Below, piece by piece: positions 59,515-64,000 of a stretch of DNA of 64,000 nucleotides. This DNA is from Candidatus Multivorans sp. (GTDB lineage: Bacteria; Acidobacteriota; Thermoanaerobaculia; Multivoradales; Multivoraceae). The stretch spans positions 32,001 through 96,000 of the forward strand of contig OZ245033.1 of NCBI GenBank assembly GCA_965224025.1. The letters run 5' to 3'. A model generated the notes under the pieces. It worked only from the letters and a program-made list of their open reading frames with translations. It had not been told where the DNA came from and ran no database searches. Each line of letters begins with the position of its first letter. Within the stretch, counting starts at the first letter, position 1. Both the position numbers and the translations under genes were made by a program.

Positions 59515-60396
59515 ATGAGCAGAATGTTGAAATCCGGTCTGATCCAGATGTCGCTGCCGGAGGGCACCTGCGGGGACGGCGCGTCCGCGGACGAGGTCGC
59601 CGCGACGGTCGAGGCGATGACGGCCAAGCACATCCCGTACATCGAGGATGCGGGCCGGCAGGGCGTCCAGGTTCTCTGCCTGCAGGAGGTGTTCAACACG
59701 CCGTACTTCTGCCCCGGCCAGGACTTGAGCTGGTTCGCGGCCGCGGAGCCGGTTCCCGGCCCGACCACCGAGCGGATGGCGGAGTACGCGCGTCGCCACG
59801 CGATGGTCATCGTCGTGCCGATCTACGAGCGGGAGACGGCGGGCATCCTCTACAACACGGCGGCGGTAGTCGACGCCGACGGCAGCTACCTGGGCAAGTA
59901 CCGGAAGACGCACATTCCTCAGGTGGCCGGCTTCTGGGAGAAGTTCTTCTTCCGCCCGGGCAACCTCGGCTACCCGGTGTTCGACACCGCGTACGGCAGG
60001 GTCGGCGTCTACATCTGCTACGACCGCCACTTCCCCGAGGGCGCCCGGGCCCTGGGCTTGGCCGGCGCCGAGATCGTCTACAACCCGTCGGCCACGGTGG
60101 CGGGTCTCTCCGACCACCTGTGGACGATCGAGCAGCCCGCCCACGCGGTGGCGAACGGCTACTTCATGGGCTGCATCAACCGGGTCGGCACCGAAGAGCC
60201 GTGGGATCTCGGTTCGTTCTACGGCAGCAGCTACTTCGTCAGCCCGAGGGGGCAGATCGTCGCCCAGGCGTCAAAGGACGAAGACGAACTCCTGGTCGCG
60301 GACCTCGACCTCGGCATGATCGACGAGGTGCGGTCGGTCTGGCAGTTCTACCGCGACCGGCGACCGGAGGCCTACGACGGGCTCGTCAAGCCGTAG
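59515..60396 (+). CDS. Nitrilase-family hydrolase, probable beta-ureidopropionase
   Basis: CLQE, KYRKTHIP, ICYDRHFPEG; directly after hydA. Confidence 0.88.
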   Translation: MSRMLKSGLIQMSLPEGTCGDGASADEVAATVEAMTAKHIPYIEDAGRQGVQVLCLQEVFNTPYFCPGQDLSWFAAAEPVPGPTTERMAEYARRHAMVIVVPIYERETAGILYNTAAVVDADGSYLGKYRKTHIPQVAGFWEKFFFRPGNLGYPVFDTAYGRVGVYICYDRHFPEGARALGLAGAEIVYNPSATVAGLSDHLWTIEQPAHAVANGYFMGCINRVGTEEPWDLGSFYGSSYFVSPRGQIVAQASKDEDELLVADLDLGMIDEVRSVWQFYRDRRPEAYDGLVKP

Positions 60397-60601
60397 CGCG
60401 GCACTGGAACCCTGCCGGCGCGGATTCCGCCTGCGGCGGATGCGGACCAGAACCCGGGCGGCGCGATCCGCGCCACCCGCGAACCAGTCCGTGTGCCCGT
60501 CATCGGGCGCACGGATGGCAGGTCCGCGCACCCAGAGACAAGTCGGTGCCATGCCTTGCGCGTCAGCCCCCCTCGGCACCGACCTCAGCCCAGTCGGGGT
60601 T

Positions 60602-60752
60602 AGGAGGGGTCAGCTCCCAGGTGCCTCTGAACGAGCGACGCCCGACGACGTCGCACTCACCGACGACCAACCGGAGCGAGTGAAGCGGAGTGGGCGCCAT
60701 CCCCTCCCATCTCTTCTCAAGCGCTCACGCCACCTGGGAGCTGACCCCTCCT
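60602..60752. repeat. Element with perfect 22-bp terminal inverted repeats (REPIN/MITE-like)
   Basis: AGGAGGGGTCAGCTCCCAGGTG (60602-60623) and CACCTGGGAGCTGACCCCTCCT (60731-60752). Confidence 0.8.
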
Positions 60753-60822
60753 GCCCCAAGACGGGCGGGTGCGTCCTCCGCCGCCGCGGTGCACCTCCGT
60801 TCCTCGACGCAAGCGGCTAGCC

Positions 60823-62198
<1,376 letters not shown>

Positions 62199-62202
<4 letters not shown>

Positions 62203-63998
62203 GGCCCTTGCTCCCGCGGCGCTAGCGGCGGCGAGACCATCCGCGGCAGGCGGACGATGAACCGGCAGCCCGCAGGATCGAGGTTGGCGGCGGAGAGGTC
62301 ACCGCCGTGGCGGCGCACGATCTCCTTGCTGATGGAGAGACCGAGGCCGGTACCGCCGCTGGCCTTGCGAGTGGAGAAGAAAGGCTCGAATACACGTTCG
62401 AGGTGCTGTTCGCGAATGCCGGGGCCCGTGTCGTCGATAAGTACGTTGATCTGGCCGTCCAGGTTTCGCACCGTGAGCGTGAGGCATCTCGGTCCCGAGC
62501 CTTCTTCCGTCATCGCGTCGACCGCGTTCGCGAGCAGGTTGGCGAGCACCTGGCCCAGCTCGGTGTCGTTGCCGAGCACCCAGACCGTGTCGTCATGGTC
62601 GAGGTCGACGTGGACTTCGACGCCCGCCTCGGCGAAACGCTCGGCGAGCATGTCGCAGCTCTCCTGGATGACGGCGCCCAGGTCGACGGCGGCGGGCTCG
62701 TGCCGGCCACGGCGCGCGAAGTCCAGCAGCGTGTTCACGATGCGGGCGGCGCGGAAGGTCTGGCGCTCGACCTTGCGCAGCAGGCGCCGGCGCGGATCCC
62801 GGTCGGAGGTCTCGGCGAGGAGCATCTGGGCGTAGCTCGAGATGCCGGTCAGCGGCGTGTTCACCTCGTGGGCGACGCCGGCGGCCATGGCGCCGATCGC
62901 CACCAGGCGCTGGTTCTCGGCCAGTTTCCGCTTCATCGCTTCGCGTTCGGTGATGTCGAGGGCGACAACGACCCGGTGACCGTGGACGGCGCCCAGAAAC
63001 TCGGCGGCCGACAACTGCAACTGCTGCTCGCGCCCCTGCGAGTCCTCGAACCGGACCTCGACCGGCGGGTCGCCCTGCTTGGGGAAGAGCCGGAGAGGGA
63101 TCAGGTCGTCGAGGGCCTGGCCCTCGAGATCGCTCCGGGTGAGCGCGACGAGGGCCGCGAAGGCGCCGTTCGCGGTCACGATCCGATTCGCGGAGTCGAC
63201 GACGGCGATGCCGGCGGGGGAGGACTCGATGATCTCGTCGCTGAACTGCTTGAGTTCGGAGACGCGGTCCAACTGCCGCCGTCTCTGTTCGAGCAGTTGC
63301 GCGTTCTCGATCGCCAGCGCCGCCTGGTTCAGCAATTGGCGAATCAATGCCAGGTCGTCCCTGGACAGCGGTGCGCCGCCTGTGTGGTGGCCGACGTACA
63401 GGAGGCCGACCCGGCGATCGCGCACCTCCAGCGGGAAGACGTAGTGATAGCCGAGGACCGAGAGCCGCATCGGGGTGCTCTTCGCGGCGTCGGCGAGCGG
63501 TGCCGGCGCCAGCAGGAAGTGGGGCTCGCTCCAGACGAGAACGTCCACTTCACTGAGTTCGAGGGCGTGCGCCTCCGGTTCCTCCCTGACCGCGACGAGC
63601 TGATCGCCCTCGACCAGGAACAGGTTGCTCTGCTCGAGGTCCAGCCCCTCTTCCAGCTCCTTCAGCATGATCGAGGCGAGCCGGCCGAGATCCCGTTCGT
63701 GGAGCAGTTCTTCGCCCAGCCGCTCGAGGGCGCGCCGGCTCTGCTGCGCCCGGTACTGGAGCCGCTGGAGGCCGGTGCCGATGCCCCGCTTGACCGGGAT
63801 CGAGAGGGTGCCGATGACCAGAAGAGCGCTGGCGTTGAGAAAGCCCCTGGCGACGACCATGTCTTGGGACACGCCGCGGCGGATGAGCAGGCTGAGCAGG
63901 GAGAACCCGAGCACGGCCAGCAGCACGGTGAGAGCGTAGGTCGCGACATCGCGGGCGATCACGGCCACGTCCCAGAGCCGGTAGCGCAGCAGGGCGTA
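62199..63998 (-). CDS. Membrane sensor histidine kinase with GAF and PAS domains (5' partial)
   Basis: AHEVNTPL H-box, NAVDA, DTGPG, GTGLGL; frame open to the window edge. Confidence 0.93.
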
Positions 63999-64000
63999 GG

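Overview
High-GC bacterial chromosome segment. It is probably Acidobacteriota (Thermoanaerobaculia-like), inferred from the VWFA-related acidobacterial proteins, the GWxTD-VWA proteins and a recurring WFF...KVLDGC C-terminal domain. Housekeeping genes include ilvD, apgM, maf, iscS, mnmA, rsmI, an Slt transglycosylase, prfA, prmC, hydA with a ureidopropionase, and an NtrC-type two-component pair. They are mixed with secreted metalloproteases, glycan-modification genes and two IS elements. Highlights: (1) a complete IS110 element inserted into a REP-like repeat, whose bridge RNA target and donor loops, 2-bp core and circle-junction promoter can be read from the sequence; (2) a dispersed covarying REP/REPIN hairpin family that repeatedly lies in frame inside protein-coding genes and brackets a 4.4 kb foreign segment with broken genes at its edges; (3) a tandem trio of unrecognised 8-cysteine secreted paralogues behind a near-consensus sigma70 promoter and a long structured leader, a candidate surface fibre or S-layer system; (4) a shared C-terminal domain on four secreted proteins, a candidate surface-anchoring module. 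No rRNA, tRNA or CRISPR array was seen. All family calls come from motif recognition, not database searches.
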